From Lingula anatina (lineage: Eukaryota > Animalia > Brachiopoda), in assembly GCA_051362555.1 (NCBI GenBank), contig CM120642.1:12834001-12898000 (forward strand): a stretch of DNA of 64,000 nucleotides, given 5' to 3'. The notes below the pieces were generated by a model. That model had not been told where the DNA came from and searched no databases. It worked only from the letters and a program-made list of their open reading frames with translations. The translations under genes were made by a program, and so were the position numbers. This document shows, piece after piece, positions 61,913 through 64,000 of the stretch. Position 1 is the first letter of the stretch. The number at the start of each line of letters is the position of its first letter.

Positions 61913-63151
61913 CCAACTCGACTTAGAAAATGATATTTCTTTTAGATACTAAAGACTGATGTTTGTCAAGCATGGCATATATGATTTACGACTTCAATGT
62001 CAAGCTGTTGATACGCTGAGTTGTCTTTTCTTAGTCATGATACTATTCTAAAAATTTACACCTTCTCAAACAGAAATTTGAAAAAGAAACTTCGCTAAAA
62101 TTTCGGTACTTGAAGTGGCAACGGAATCGGTTGCAATGTGAGAAAAATGTCCTTGTCATCTCTCTTGCGGTCTACATGCAATGACCTTGAGAAAAAAAGT
62201 GCACATATTTTTTCCCTTGTAAAAGTGAAACAAGGGAATCATGGATTAGTCCCTCTCTTCAGAGGTTCGAGCGATTGGGACTAAATAACCAAAAATATCA
62301 GTACTATATTAGTTAACATTTGATTTATCAAGAACCTATGCGTGGAATTGACAACATTTCAGATATATCAAATATGGAGCCATACCTATGAGTTTCAGTT
62401 TCCTAAAGGACTGAAACCCTTCACTTGATAAATTTCCACATAGGTGTTTATTATGCGTAAATGCAATCTATCTTATTTTCTTGATAGCGAACACTAGAGT
62501 GGAGGGGCAATAGGTTTCTCTGTTATAGGTTTTTGCATTATCACGTTCATTTTATGCGTCAGAGTCTTACGACTGTGACACAAGGTATAGTGGGTTGACA
62601 TGGCCCCGGGAGAGAAAAAAAAAGAAAGGAAAAATAAACGTAGGTTGTCTAAGTAATCTTTGATACAAAGAATTTCAAATGATACAGTAAAAATATTATT
62701 CAGATATTTAATGAGAAGATGGTAGCGGATCCATGTTTTATCCAGATTCTTTTAGCCATTAATCAAAAACATACATTGCGCAGCGAATTTTCTTTGCAGT
62801 AGATGCTGAATAGTGGGTTCAGATATCCTTGTAGTCCTTTGTGTATACTATCCTGTCAACACTAAAGTCAAGTACGTAATCAAACAAATATTCAGTGATA
62901 TTTGGCCCCTAGGCCTTAATATAAATTACACAATACCCGACAAAAATCAGTCGGGGAATCATTGAAACGAAATGACTTGTGAACAACGGATAAACAACCC
63001 AATCCAATACGCTACCGCAAATGTGGAAATGAAGTCACGAACTGAAAACTTGAAATAAGACAACCTCCTCAAATCTTAAAATGTATTCAATTTTCCGATC
63101 GCTTTAAAGCCCGACTTCTCCCCTCCGAACACTCCAAATATGGATATGAAA

Positions 63152-63290
63152 CTTACCAACTGAAAGCCCAGAATAGTGGACAATAGTTAATCAAATGCAT
63201 GATCATATGCTAATACATTTTTAATGTTGTGACCGGCGACTGACGTCACAAGCGTGCGCAAATACGGAAAGCAGCGCGGACGGGTAGTGA
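63152..63290. promoter_or_regulatory. CpG-rich patch with a full CRE (TGACGTCA 63241-63248) and a - strand donor (gtaagt near 63156); possible promoter or first exon
   Basis: Motifs visible in sequence; target gene unknown. Confidence 0.3.
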
Positions 63291-64000
63291 ACATTCAATA
63301 TTTGATGAAGGTCAACGGTCTATGAGATGGATGGCCAAAAATGCGATCAGGGCGGCAACTGGTCAATTTTGATCTCATTCCGGATGTCGTACTCAGCGGT
63401 CATTTCATAAGACCGACAGTGGACCATTGTCTTTCAGGAGGGGCAGTTTTTTATTTATTATTTAGATGATTGTTAAGAAGTGGTAAAGGGAATTGGGGGT
63501 GTGTCAACAGTGCAATGCCTTATTCTTCATTGGTAGACCATCGAACGAATAATGCGTGTTAAGATTTGGCGCCTAGTAAAGCAATAATTTATTACGTCTT
63601 TATACCTTCTTTCACAATGATTAGGGCCTATTGGATGTAAAATGATTCAAATTATTTTTATCAAATATCATACACTTTCACCGCATTCCAGATCTACACT
63701 ATATCTCTGCTAAAAAATCCATGATCTAAATAAAAAATGTTGATAGTTTTGTTGCTATTAACCCGTTGTTTCAAACATACGTGTATTTTCACTGGGCTTA
63801 ATTTGCTGGTAACCTGAGAGTTTTGCCACTATTTGAATCCGGTTCATTAAACTTCCAGTGATAAGCTATCAGTAAGTACTCAACATTAATTCCGATTACG
63901 CATTAAAAGTTGTTTCATCTCGCAGATAACTGTTTACTTCTATTCACTGACTTACTCTCGGTCTGTCTACCAATTACGTGACACGTCTGGTGGTGGAGGG

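Overview
Eukaryotic, AT-rich invertebrate genomic DNA; the transposon content resembles that of molluscs or other lophotrochozoans, but the species cannot be determined. (1) 1-21612 is a ~142-bp tandem array of about 140 copies that continues past the left edge. Nearly every monomer is a complete splice cassette on + (branch point, polypyrimidine tract, AG, 62-nt exon-like segment encoding DKEDDERPQPDMDFTLGSKL, GT donor). The array has higher-order duplications and one 1.48-kb TA-flanked DNA transposon. (2) 25142-59215 on - is a complete CYFIP/Sra-1 gene (WAVE regulatory complex). I could splice 27 core coding exons by hand into an open 1261-aa frame. The gene also carries a duplicated alternative first coding exon with a ~265-aa proline-rich extension, a 78-nt mutually exclusive exon pair with an RNA stem between them, a 66-nt cassette exon and a candidate 21-nt microexon. 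Two of these alternative exons map to the Rac1 A-site region. (3) Introns and flanks hold Helentron-type (HINE) elements, several MITE families and microsatellites. Most ORF-track entries outside the CYFIP exons are spurious.
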